This document shows positions 12,856 to 26,200 of a stretch of DNA of 64,000 nucleotides, one piece after another (within the stretch, counting starts at the first letter, position 1; every line of letters begins with the position of its first letter). The stretch lies in contig NC_068983.1 of assembly GCF_001194135.2 (NCBI RefSeq), positions 150,382,238 through 150,446,237 of the forward strand, given 5' to 3'. Source of the DNA: Octopus bimaculoides. Taxonomy: Eukaryota. Position numbers and translations under genes: made by a program. The notes under the pieces were generated by a model. The model was not told the DNA's origin, did not search any database, and saw only the letters and a list, made by a program, of their open reading frames with translations.

Positions 12856-14579
12856 CCACCTCCTCAGAACAGGATTTGAACTGGGAACGTAGAAAGTCAA
12901 AAATGCTTTATAGCCTACGTTTCTATCATTCCACGGTCTTCTTGATTTGTCGGGACTATTCCAACTGACATGTGATACAGAATCAATAATTTATAGCATG
13001 GGCATTAGTAAAATATAGAGATGATATCGGTTTTGGTGGACGCTTGTCACTCATCATCTCAGTCTCTGGTCACGGACGAGTTTTTATCTCTCTCTGATCT
13101 TTCTCCTGCTACTAAAATGATTTTTTGTTATTGGAAGTGGCTAGTCTTCATTCAGGTGCTCGCTTCTCGACATATTCTCAAGAATACTGTACCGACCACT
13201 TCGCTCTCGCACTACCATTTCCTCTCCAAAACGTCGACCTTCTGGAATTACTCCCCGGTACACATTTTATTTTGCGATCGTTAAGTTGCATTCTTTCAAA
13301 AAGAGCAACAATCCTATCGGTTTCACTGGTCTCAGAGTTTGTGAACAACATGGGCACAACCCATTCTTCCAGATCAAAAGAAAACAAATAAAAACAACAA
13401 AAATAACGTTCTATTCTCGACATTACAATACTGATTATAAGACATGCAATCCCCGTGAATTAGTGGTTCGGCAAAACAATTCAATAGAATATGTACCAGG
13501 CTTTAAAAAGTTATGGGGTCGATTCATTCGACTAAACCCTTCAGGGTACTGCTTCAGCATGGTCGCAGTCTAATGAATGAAACATAAAAGAATCTAAAGA
13601 CTTTTTTGTGACATCAGTTAAGCTGTCAGAATCCTTAGAGCGTCGGAAAAGTGCCTTGCAGCATCTGTTCCGTCTCTTTACCTTCTGAGTTTGGCCCTAC
13701 CGAGATTAATTTTGCTTTTCATCTTTTCATGATCGATAAAATAAAGTACCAACTGAGTTCTGGAGTCAATGGTATCGACAACCCCACCCCAAATTGCTGG
13801 TCTTGTGACTAAATCAAAAACAAAACAACAAAATTACAATTGCAGCGTGGAAGGTGTTTATAAGCCATTTGAAAACACCTTTCACGCTGCAATTGTTTTT
13901 GTTTCAGCATACGATCTCAGCTCAGGTCACTTGTTATGCAAGTACATTTCCGTAAACACATTATTACGTTTATTTAGTGTGATGAGAAAGCATTATTTAA
14001 TAACAAACAATAACACTGTTTAGAGGAGGGGTTCTCAACCATTTTCTTTTATCTATGGACAGCTTGATTACTATTTTATTCTGGTGGACCCCTATAGCCA
14101 TTCGATGTTTAAAAACTAGTTTTATAGGAACTTCTTTCAAAATTCGTATTTTGATTTTTCACACATAAGCTTGTATAGGATGAACTATGTAAAATGTTAA
14201 AGAAACCTAGCTGCTTCTTGCAATGCATACATTTAAAGCAAGAGTTGGAAAAAATGCCTCGAGAAATTTATTCCGTCGCAGTCAACTATGCCTTTCGTCC
14301 ATTGTGGAGCTGAGTATATACAATAAACAACCAGTCAATTACCAATGTTGATGATACTGGCCATCCTTCTTTACTCAAAACTGCTGACCTTGTACTTAAA
14401 TCAGAAACAAATATTAATTAGCCAGAACAGCAGCACCGGTGAGGCCTGTGTGGTTGATGCAGTTCGAAATTTTCTGTAAATTCTGACTAAATGGTTTAGT
14501 AAAAAGTGGTTAAATATATTCAAATGCCTTCCCCTCCATTTAATTTCACTCAATAAAAGTCAATGTATGCGTAGAAAAA

Positions 14580-14940
14580 CAGCACCCAACGACGTTGAGG
14601 AATCCAGTTGATCCGATCAACGGAACAGCTTGCTCGTGAAATTAACATGCAAGTGATTGAGCACTCCACAGACACGTGTACCCTTATATACCGGGTATAT
14701 TCAGCGTGACACAGTGTGACAAGGCTGACCCTTTGAATTACAGGCACAACAGAAACAGGAAGTAAGAGAAAGTTGTGGTGAAAGAGTACACTAGGGTTCG
14801 CCACCATCCCCTGCCGGAGCCTCGTGAAGCTTTAGGTGTATTCACTCAATAAACACTCACAACGCCTGGTCGGGGAATCGAAACCGCGATCCTATGACCG
14901 CGAGTCCGCTGCCTTATCCACTGGGCCATGGCGCCTCCAC
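14580..14940 (-). mobile_element. tRNA(Arg)-like-headed SINE, well preserved
   Basis: Head ggaggcgccatggcccagtgg (box A), gactcgcggtc (TCG anticodon-like loop), ggtttcgattcc (box B); second copy at 41249-41618. Confidence 0.85.
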
Positions 14941-15094
14941 CAAGAAATAGGTATCATTCGTGGAAAAATAACACGATAACGATATTGTACGTAATAAAAA
15001 GAAGATCGAACAAAGGGAGATAACCTTGCTTAAAACTATTTCACTTCCTCTTCCTGCTACTTTTCCTCCTCCACACTGCCGCATAAAAGCGAAA

Positions 15095-15193
15095 ATGGCT
15101 TCTGATTCAAGCGATGGTCGTGTACAGAAAATGGAAGTGGATTACTCATCCACCGTCGATGAAAAAGTACCAAAATGTGAGAAAATGGCCAAG
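15095..15193 (+). CDS. PSMD12: PSMD12 coding exon 1 ([33 protein letters not shown])
   Basis: ATG in aaaATGG context; donor AAG|GTAAAA. Confidence 0.93.
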
Positions 15194-18100
15194 GTAAAAA
15201 AAGAAGAAAATATAAAATCATTATTGTTGATGAAACTTTTATCTTACCATTGTTGTTACTCCTCTGCAAACCCGTAAACGTTGTACGTTAAGAGTTATCT
15301 TCCTATTTTAATGTAATATAGTAAAATGCTTTGTCATACTTATTCTCCAAACAGCGGTACATTCTCTCTATTCTATATTTATAGATGTATAAATGCTTGT
15401 GAAGACATGAATAATAAAATAAATATATATAAAATCATGTGTCTTCCATGCAAAAATTTACTTGCTTTATCATTTAAAGATTCTTCCCTCGCCTTTTCTT
15501 TAAAGTATTCTAAAAATCATTAACCAGCGATAGAAAGACTATGTTGTAAAATTGCCGGTGAATTGAATATAATCTGATATTCGATTCCTGGTTGTGTAAT
15601 TGTATCACATCACATGGGTTATTAAATGATTTATTGGTTCTTCTATAAATATGGGGCCTTGTAGTCACGTAAGAAACGTGTATGCTAGTTTGATGTTTAA
15701 CTCCAGTTTAGAACCGACCGTTTACCATCCCGTTTTCTATCTATGAAAGTGTATCTATGGCTATGTTATATAATGTGTCGGTAGTCTTGTATCATCTGCA
15801 TCTCTGTTACAGGAATTAAAAAGAAAAAAAAACCTCGTTAATAGGTGCAAAGTATCCGTCCCTCTTTTTTTTCACAGGAAGGGTGCAATATGAAGTAAAT
15901 TTTGCTAATATTGTAGCAAGTTGAGTAAACGACGCACAGACGTGCATGTCTTTGTAGTTAACAAAAAAGAAGCCAGTCCTAATCGAGAAAGTCTGTAATC
16001 AAAAGGTTTCCAGTTGTGACCATCCTGTCTATTTTTTAGGCATACTTTATCTCAGACCACATAATCCAGTGTATTTCCTTTCGTTTAAGGTGGTGGTGAT
16101 TGGGGGGTATTTGGTTGCTATATGTAGGATGTCGAACGACCACATAAAAGTCCCATTGTTGTAAATGTAATGATGAAATGAACGTGTAAATATTTTTCGT
16201 TGTTCTGCTATTTCCCTTTTGTACTAGTATTCTTGGTAAATTGAATGTAACCGTTTACTATTTTTCAGCAAGGAAATCTGACTGAGGCCATAGATATGTT
16301 ATTGTCTTTAGAGAAACAAACTCGAACTGTAAGTAATTCAGTTTTTAAAAATTCTTTTTTACAAAACATAATACAACTTTTGTATGTAACAGTAGGCCCA
16401 CACACACAGGTATTGCCGACCGGTTGAGAAGTTTGCTTCACAATCATCTGGTTTTGAGTTTAGTTCCATTATGTAGCATCTTCAGAAAATGTCTTCTATT
16501 ATAGCTCCAGGTCGACTAAAGCCTTCTTAGTTGATCTGGGAGATGCTAAATGAAATAAGTCCATCGTGTGCCTGTGTAAGTTTATTACTTTGTACTAGCT
16601 GTAAAGAAGTATTGTCATTTTACAAGTGTCATTTGTTTGCAGTCTTCTATGAAAACATGCCTAGCCATTGCGCTGTTCATGTTCAAAGTAATAGGGGGAA
16701 TATTACCTTGCTTGGAAACGGGTGTTGGCTACAAGATGAGCATCTAGCTGCAGAAAATCTGCCTCAACAAATTTCAAGTGACTCCTACAAGTATGCAAAA
16801 ACTTGATGCTAAAACAATAATGATGGTATGAATAAATATACACATATGTGCATGCTTTATACAGATGTTAACACCTTGTCTTTATATACAATGCTAGTCA
16901 TTATATAAAATTTTAAATTACATGATGAGTGCTGTTCCATATGACTTGAGCAGGAATCTGAAGTACATTTTTTTCTTATAGCATTATAGGAAACTTTTGT
17001 GCTATTTGTTTGGTGCTGTATTCAATGAATTTGAAATGCTTCAAATATGCCATTACAGCTACACATATCTTAGAGAGCGGGGAATATGTATTTGCGAAAT
17101 TTGAAAATATATATATTAGTTGCCATATACTTCATATTAAGTTACTATATATTGCATATTTTCTATTATAGTTTTAGTAATTTGCATGCAAACATTCATG
17201 CAAAGGTGTTTGAATGTAATTGTGATTGACTATAAATATGTTTGTCTGTGTGTGCTTACATACAAGTGTCTGTGTATCTCAAAGTAATCAAATCTAAATA
17301 TTCATTTTACCTTTCATTCACCAAGGGTGCTGATACTCACTCAACCAGTAGGATTTTGGTAGCTATAGTGAAGCTTTGCTTTGAAGCGTCTAACTGGGGA
17401 CTGCTTAACGAACACATTGTGCTACTTACCAAGAAGCGTGGACAAATCAAACAGGTAAGCAGATAAAATCTTTATGAAGAGAGGTTATAATGTCAGAAAT
17501 GATAGAAGGCCAGAATAAATGCTTCACAGTATTTGGTTTAATCTCTGTTTCAAGTTCAAATCTTGTTAAAATCATCTTTGCTTTTTATCCTTCCTCCAGT
17601 CAAGGACTGGTGTTCAATTTAATTGAACAACATCCCATTTCATTTGTAGTCTTGTTAGAAATGTTATTTTTGTTAAAAGTGATAACAAGGTGAAATAATG
17701 GAACACTGAAAATAAGTACCAGTTGATCACTGGGGTTGATGTAATCGACTAACCCTCTCCCCTTAAATAGCTAGTCTTGTGCCAAAATTTGAAACCAATA
17801 TTTACTCTGAGTTCTGAGATTAAATCCTTTTGGGCTGATAAAATATATACCTAATGTAATGAAGTTGATTTAATTTGTGCATTCCATTGTAAGAAATCAC
17901 TAGTATTGTCTTTCAGTTTAATGTATCTGTTCAGTTTTACTTATCTTAATGGACTGTTATAATCAATTTTGGGTTGTGGCTGAATTCTTACAGCATATGT
18001 GTGTGTGTGTGTGTGTCTAGAGAAAGAGGGTGTTAGTTTGTCATTTAAAGAGGCTCATTTCTGAAAGTTTGTCATTTAAGTTTTTTTTTCTGTGGCAGAA

Positions 18101-21100
18101 TATTCCTAAGGATATAAGTTCTTCCAAAAGTACTATTTTCTTCAATTCTTGGGCTGTTCTATTTTTCATGCCCAGAGCCCTTATTAATGATCCTTATTAT
18201 CATTGTTGTTATTGTTGAATAGGGCAGTGGATTGACAGGATCTTAAGTGTCAGACAATGCCCTGTGATATTTAGTTACATTTCATAATCTGAGTTCAAAT
18301 CTTGCCAAAATCACTTTTGCCTTTCATCTTTTTAGGGTCAATAAAATAAAGTACCAGTCATGTACTGGAGCTAATGGCATCGACCTAATCCTTGCCACCA
18401 AAAATTTCAGGTCTTGAATCTATATAAGAACCAATTCTTTGTGAGTATTAGATGAAATTCTTTGTGGTTTCAGTTAGATCATTTTTACATTTAAGTTCAA
18501 ATCCCACTGAAGTCAACATTGCATTTTATTCTCCTGGTGTTCATAAATAAGTTCCAGTTAAATACTGAGTTGATTTGACTATGCCCACTTCCAAAATTTG
18601 TTGATTTAGTGCCTGTTAGAACAATCATCATTTAATGTCCAGTTTTCCATACTGGCATGGGTTGGATGAGTTGGCAATCCAGAGAGCCACACCAGGCTCC
18701 AACTGTGTTTTGGCTTGGTTTTTATGGCTGGATGCCCTTCCTGACACTAACTATTTTACAGTGTGTACTGGGTGCCTTTTTATATGGCACCATTGTTATT
18801 ATTTGTGAGTTGGTAGAAGCAGTGTTGAATACAGAAACTCGTACAAAGTTTGCCCTATTTTGTATAAATTGTAATTTTTATTATTTATTTGAAAACAGGC
18901 TGTAACAAAAATGATTCAAGAAGCTTGTACCTATGTTGAGAAAACCCCTAACCAAGAAGAGAAACTAAAGTTGATTGATACCCTTAGAACTGTTACTGCT
19001 GGCAAGGTGAGTAACTATTGTTTTTCTATTTCTGCCCTCTACTTATCTTTCCACCCGACAATCCCTACAGATCGTTTTGAAATAGTCAAAATCATTTCAT
19101 AAAACTGGTTACTTTGAACCTTTTGCTATGGACAGGTAAGTTGTTACAGTGTGAATCTTTGACCAGAAAGATTGACAGCTCATAATCCTATTCACTGTTA
19201 GTGTACTAACTGGATAAAAAATGTTCTTGTGGATATGGCATGGTCTGTCAGCTCTTAGGGCTTGACTCTAAATTTATTACAAGTGTTCCATTGTTGTTAT
19301 TTATTCCCAGGTCAGCTTTAATTGAATACTTCTATGATCAAAGGCTTTCCAGCCAAGACTTTCCTGTTTTTTTCTCTTTGTGTGTGTGTGTGTGTGTATA
19401 TATTTTGGACTACATTGTCCAATGTTTTATACTTTTTAAGGGGTAAGATGTAATTTGAAGGAGATTTTTGCTGCTATTTCTAGCAGGTTGAGTGACCGAA
19501 TTTATACCCTATTTTTATATAACTTTCACTGTGTTACTTCAGATTTATGTTGAGATTGAGAGAGCTCGCCTTACTCGTATCTTAGCCAAAATCAAAGAAG
19601 ATGAAAACAACATAAGTGAGGCTGCCAACATATTACAAGAACTCCAGGTAAAGATAATTCCTTTCTTCTCTTTTATGTGTTTACTTTATCTTAGAGATAT
19701 ATTATTTGGTCTGCTCTCCACTGATAACCAAATAATAGTATATAGAATTCAGTACTGATTAATTTTGAATGTACCTAAATCATTAAAGAGGTAAGCAGTA
19801 TTCAGTTAAAACCACTTAATTTATTACTATTCATCTTCACTAATTATGTTGAGGATATAATAATCATCATCATCGTTTAACATTTGCTTTCCATGCTGGC
19901 ATGGGTTGGACGGTTTGACTGAGGACTGATGAGCCAGATGGCTGCACCAGGCTCCAATCTGATCTGGCAGAGTTTCTACAGCTAGATGGCCTTCCTAATG
20001 CCAACCACTCTGAGAGTGTAGTGGGTGCTTTTACGTGCCACTGGCATGAGGGCCAGTCAGGCGATACTGGCGATGGCCACGCTCAAATGGTGTTTGAAAA
20101 TATGTCCTTCTGTTGAAATGAAATTTCAGTAGATTTCTATATCTTTGTGCAACTGAGGATTGCTCTGCATTTTACATTTGATGTAATGTTCACATTGCTT
20201 AAATAAATGGAGTCGCATGAAATGATCGTACTGCTTTAGCTTTCGATATCCTTGTTGCATATTTTGATTTTAATCACCTTATTTTGGAATTCTATGGATA
20301 ATACCATACTTAATTCTGTTGCCTAAACTTAAGTACCATATTCACCTTCAATCTATCTATCTATATCTATATTTATTTATTTATTTATTTATTGTCATGA
20401 CTGGCAAATTTCATTATAGTTTGTGCAATCGTAACTGACTCAATGCTAAACAGCAACCTCTGTTTCCTCTACATCAATGGCTATCGGCTTTTCTTCCTCA
20501 GTCATTTACCTGCTTCAGTTTCACCATTTACCTCCTTATTCCCTTGCAAAGATATGTTAGATATTCTTTATATATCAAAGTCTGTGTTACTGCTAAAATG
20601 ATATCTTTAAGATAGCATGTTAGTGCTAATATTGTGCTTAGGAGAAAGCAGTGAGCTGGCAGAATTGTCAGGTGGAGTGCTTAGCAGAATTTCGCCTGTC
20701 TTTGCATTCTGAGTTCAAATTCTGCCAGAGTCAATTTAGCCTTTCATCCTTTCAGGGTCGATAAAATAAGTACTGGTACTTATTTTATTGACAGAGCCCC
20801 TCCCTCAAACCAGCTGGCCTTCTTCCAAAATTGGAAACAAATGTGCTAGGGGAATATTAGTAATATGCTGAGTTCAGGTCAATTGGGGTGGGGGTGGGGT
20901 TTAATATGCTGTCTATTTGAAGAAGTATTATTTTTTGACCAAACTGTCCAAAATTCAAACAATGAATATTTTTTGTTTTCTTTTCATTTATTTCCAGGTT
21001 GAAACTTTTGGTTCCATGGACAAAAAGGAGAAAGTGGAATTTATTTTGGAACAGATGAGGTTGTGTTTGGCCAAGAAGGATTACATTCGCACCCAGATCA

Positions 21101-23132
21101 TCAGTAAAAAGATCAGCACCAAATTCTTTGATGAAAAAGACACTACAGTAAGTGAGATCTCATCCATTGCTACTAGATTTTTCCCCTTGAATGATGATGA
21201 CTTCTGTTGTTGTTTAGTTCCAGTTCAACTTTGATTGTGCAGACTTAAGAAATATATCATTCAAACCATGACCATCATGTTCTTTTGTATATCTAGAATT
21301 ACTTTGTCCAGTGTGACCTTTTTTTAAGGTAGTAGGTGTGATCTGAGCGCTATGTCTAGCAGGATACATAACAGCAATAGAGATGCTTCAATGGCTTATA
21401 ACTACTGTTATTTCTATTTCACTCTGTTACAATTATTTCTCCATATTTGGATGTATGCCAATGGGTATTGTAAATCTGAACATTTCGATTGACCTTATGA
21501 AGACAATTAGTTAAAATGGGAAATGGTTTGGCTTTGTGACAGGAAAGGGTACTGCTGATGCTTTCTTAGTGTGACAATTGTTGGAGAGATGCATAACTAA
21601 GAGTAAACCCCCTCTACCTACATATCATTGATTTGGAGAAGTCCTTTAACAAAGAACCTTGCCTTGTAATCTGGTGGTGGCTAAGGAAACTGAGAATAGA
21701 TGAATGATTTGTGAGGGCCATACAAGCCATATACAGATTCACAGTCGGCAATTAATTTAACAAATTTATCATGCAAGTAGGAGTTTATCAGGATCCAATT
21801 TTTAGCTTTCACCTGTTTAGTATAGTCCTCCAACCAGAAAGAGAATAGTTATAGACTGGAGGATTATAATAAATATTTTTATACTGTTTAAAAGGTAATC
21901 ACCTTTTCTTGTTGACCTGTATTCACTTCATCTAGAAATTTCTTGTATATGTTGTATACTAGATTTTTCATATCAAAGACTCTGAATTTCATTTCATTCC
22001 GTGAAGAAATTTGTCCTTACTAGATATTAGCTTTTTCATAAGATAAGAGTTCTTCCTTAGCAGAGACTGTCTTCTTCTCAAGAGGTGTAATCCACCTCAT
22101 ATTCCTGTAGCTTTATACATAATACACCTGTGTTCTGAATATGCTTAGTTCTTATAAACTGAATTTGTTGAACATTTAAAAAGAAATTCCAAATCAAGAG
22201 TTAAAAAGCTTCAAAGTAAACTTTGCAAAGATTAAAGATTTTACTAAGAAAGAAGGCAGAAAAACAGTTATACAGTGTGCCTGGCATGGAATGACTAGCA
22301 GATTGATAGAGAAAAGAGACTTTGTATGTGATAGATGCATAGAAGTGGTCAATAGGAAGAATATATATAAAATAAATACCTTCAAATGTTTGGAAAGCTT
22401 ACCAGAAATAGTTGATAGCCCTTATTACCTAGGTGATCTAATTAGTAGTATAGATTTGTTTTCCAAAAGCATAGTAACCAGAATAAGAATTAGTTGGAGC
22501 TGTTACTTCTACTGGCAACAAATGATTTTTCTCTCCGAGTGAAGGGAAGTTAATATAATGTTTATGTACAAAGTGCAATACTTCATGGTAGCAGAATATA
22601 TGCCTTGAATGCAGATAAGTAGCAAAGACCAGAAAGAAATGAAGTACTCTGCTCTGTGTATTGTTAGTGTGCATGAAGAAGAATCAGAAATGTTATTTGA
22701 ATCCCGTTACGGTTCCATTTTTGTTCACAGCTATTTTGTTGTAATCAATACCATATCTATCCAATATTTATATTCAAATTTACAATGAAAGTAAACAAAC
22801 AAAGTTTGTTCTTTTTTAGAAGCGTTGAGATGTATTGTAAGATACAGAAATAAATTTATTTCTCAAATGCGTGATAATGCTATAAATAGCGTGATTCAAA
22901 TTCAAAATTTAACGTTAGCATCTTATGAAGCTAAATTTATAAGTTCTAAAATTGCAGAAGAATTCCTTGCTGGGCAGTTTAGTTTAATGGTAAAACACTT
23001 GATGCGTAATCACTGAGATGTGAGTTCGAGTCTCATGACTGGCCAGTAACGTATCTTTAAATTAATGGATAATTTATCCTGATCACGCTATTTATAGCAT
23101 TATCATGCATTTGAGAAATATTTATATGTAAT

Positions 23133-23224
<92 letters not shown>

Positions 23225-26200
23225 AAACCCATCCATCTATCTCAGGATCTCGAATTAAGAAATTCTTATACCTAAACATGTATATTTATATAATTAGTTA
23301 TTTTTATTTCATTGACAGGATCTAAAGCTGAAATATTACCAGCTGATGATAGAACTTGATGAACACGATGGGTCATACCTTGCCATCTGTAAGCATTACC
23401 GAGCAGTTTATGACACCTCTGCCATCCAAGAAGACAAAGAGAAAATGGCATCGGTGAGAACACACTGGTCTTTCTTTTTTCTTTTTATTTTTTGTCAGTA
23501 TTACTGTGGTGTGATATGCTGTACCTAATGCTAACTAATCAACTTTCTGTTCTATGAATTTGGTAATGTTAAATAACCCACTTGTTTGTCCATAAAGGAT
23601 CATGGTTTCTCATTCTTCATAGTAACATGTTGTTTGTAATTCATCCCCTGACTGGCTCCTCTGCCAGTGGCATGTAGAAAGCACCGTCTGAACATGGCCA
23701 ATGCCAGTATCCCCTGACTGGCCCCTGTGCCGATGGCACGTAAAAAGGACTATCCGAACGTGATCGATGCCAGGCCTGCCTGACTGGCTCCTGTGCCGGT
23801 AGCATGTAAAAAGTACCCACTACACTCTTGGAGTGGTTGGCGTTAGGAAGGGCATCCAGCTGTAGAAACATTGCCGGATCAGATTGGAGCCTGGTGCAGC
23901 CACTCTCTCTCTCTCCAGACCTTAGTCAAACCATCCAACCCATGCCAGCATGGAAAACAGATGTTAAACGATGATGATGATTTAAGATCATGTTTGTAAT
24001 GAACTCTTGGGTATCAAAAAAGTAATCAATGAATTTAACTTGTCAATGTGGTTAATGTAGCTGTATGTAAAACAGTTTGTGTTGAGAGTAACAAAAATCT
24101 AATTAGAAATACTCATATGATAAAAAATTAAAAATCAAACATTAACTTTTCCACTGATTGGAAGAAGGAGACTTTGTTGCTTGTGCTGGGAAAGTCGAAA
24201 GAGAAAGAAAGTGTCATAATGATTGGTAGATTAGATTGTTAAATATCTAGGTGGGAGATCAATATAGTGAGTCTTGTTAGATGACAGGCAGTCATAAATA
24301 GTTAAATATTGGGAGGGATTGGTGTAGAGAAAGTGGGGTAAAAGAAAATCTTGTACCTGTGTTCTTTGCCTGTGAGGAACCTAACGGAACCTCCTCTCCA
24401 CCTTACTTCTTGGAGGCAGCAGATATCGACACATCTCTGTTCAAGCATCAAGTGTGGGACACTTACAGCGCCTAGGTTTCCCAAGCGGTCACCCATCTAA
24501 GTACTCACTAAGCTCGACGTTGCTTAACTTCGGTGATCAGACGAGAACCGATGCTCTCAGTGTGATATGGCCAGATATTTTAAGATTTCTTCCTCAAATA
24601 AAAATTGTGAACGAGACAAATACTTCAGAGGAAAATTCCAATTGGAGCAGTTACCCAGTAAAAATAATAACATTAAACAGTAAAGATACAATGCAGAAGA
24701 AGGAGATGAATTATTAGTATTATTATATTACTGAAGACTGAGTTTTTTGCCATGTCTTTCAATAATGTCACTAATTCTTTTCAGGCTTCCTTTTGTGTGA
24801 CTTTTTCTGAGTTAGATGTTATTTTTGTACTTTTACACATCTTTGATAGTATATGAAAATAGGAATCGGATACATAGTTGCCTGCAAAACTTAGATATTT
24901 TTCTTTTTTTCCCTGATGAGATGTAAAAGACATTATAAGAGAGAGAGAGAATCAGGCTAATTAGAATTTTTATTAACTGTATTTTTTTTTCCTTAAAATT
25001 TCAGGCCTTGAAATGTGTTATACTTTACCTTATTTTGGCTCCATATGACAATGAACAGTCAGATTTACTTCATAGAATTGGAGAGGAGAAGAATCTTAAT
25101 GAAATTCCTAAATACAAGTAAATATGTATTTAGTTTGCCTTGCTTTCTCATTTTCTTTTCATCTCTCTCTTCTTTCTCATTCACACAGAAGATAAATAGA
25201 CAGACATTGATTTTATAACCTGACTTTATACTTCTCCTTTTTTGCCTTTATAGAGAGCTGCATAGTTTGTTTACAACAAGTGAACTTATTTACTGGAAAC
25301 AGTTGTGCGCTGATTTTGAAACTGAATTAAAAGAAGGTTCTAAAGATTGTCCAGCTACACATGTTTTTGATGTTAACTCTCCTGCTTCCAAAAAAAGATG
25401 GCAGGACCTGAAAAATCGAGTTGTAGAACACGTAAGTACTGTAGTTTTTTTCCATATATTTTTCTCTTAATTACTAATGTAGCAATTGAGAAAAATCAAT
25501 GAGTGCTCTGTTGGATGTGCAAAGTTCAAGTACAGTTAAATTGATTAAGTGGCTGTATATTAAATATATATTTATTTTCGTCTGCAATAGAGATAGCTGT
25601 ACATGTATGTTGGTTGGAAAAGTGTTGTGATATAACAATAGAAATAGATTGAGAAAGAGTTTTGAAGAAATAGCTAAGGATGATCCATTCACAGTTGTTG
25701 GAAGTGTAATTCAAAATTTTTTTAAACCATTGTAATGGTTTATATTTATCTGTTGAAATTTGCATAAAATATGTAAAGATTATGACGAAATGATAGAATG
25801 TGAGACTTGCAAATGTACCATCTTTCTTTGGCTGTTGCCAGTACCGCCTGACTGGCCTCCGTAGGATTTTCGAGCGAGATCGTTGCCAGTGCCCCTGGAC
25901 TGGCTTGTGCGGGTGGCACATAAAAGACACCATTTCGAGCGTGGCCGTTGCCAGTATCGCCTGACTGGCCTTCGTGCAGGTGACACGTAAAAGCACCTAC
26001 TACACTCTCTGAGTGGTTGGCGTTAAGGAAGGGCATCCAGCTGTAGAAACTCTGCCAAATTTAGATTGGAGCCTGGTGTTGCCATCCGGTTTCACCAGTC
26101 CTCAGTCAAGTCGTCCAACCCATGCTAGCATGGAAAGCGGACGTTAAACGATGATGATGATGATGAAAGAAGGGACTGTGCTTATGGCTGATGTTTCTCA

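Noticed and set aside
14716-14725. ARE-like GTGACAAGGC (CncC/Nrf proteasome regulation) upstream of PSMD12
   Set aside because: A low-information motif that is simply part of the SINE consensus (also present at about 41405).
14860-14940. Functional tRNA-Arg gene
   Set aside because: No proper acceptor stem or terminator; it continues into a SINE body shared with another copy.
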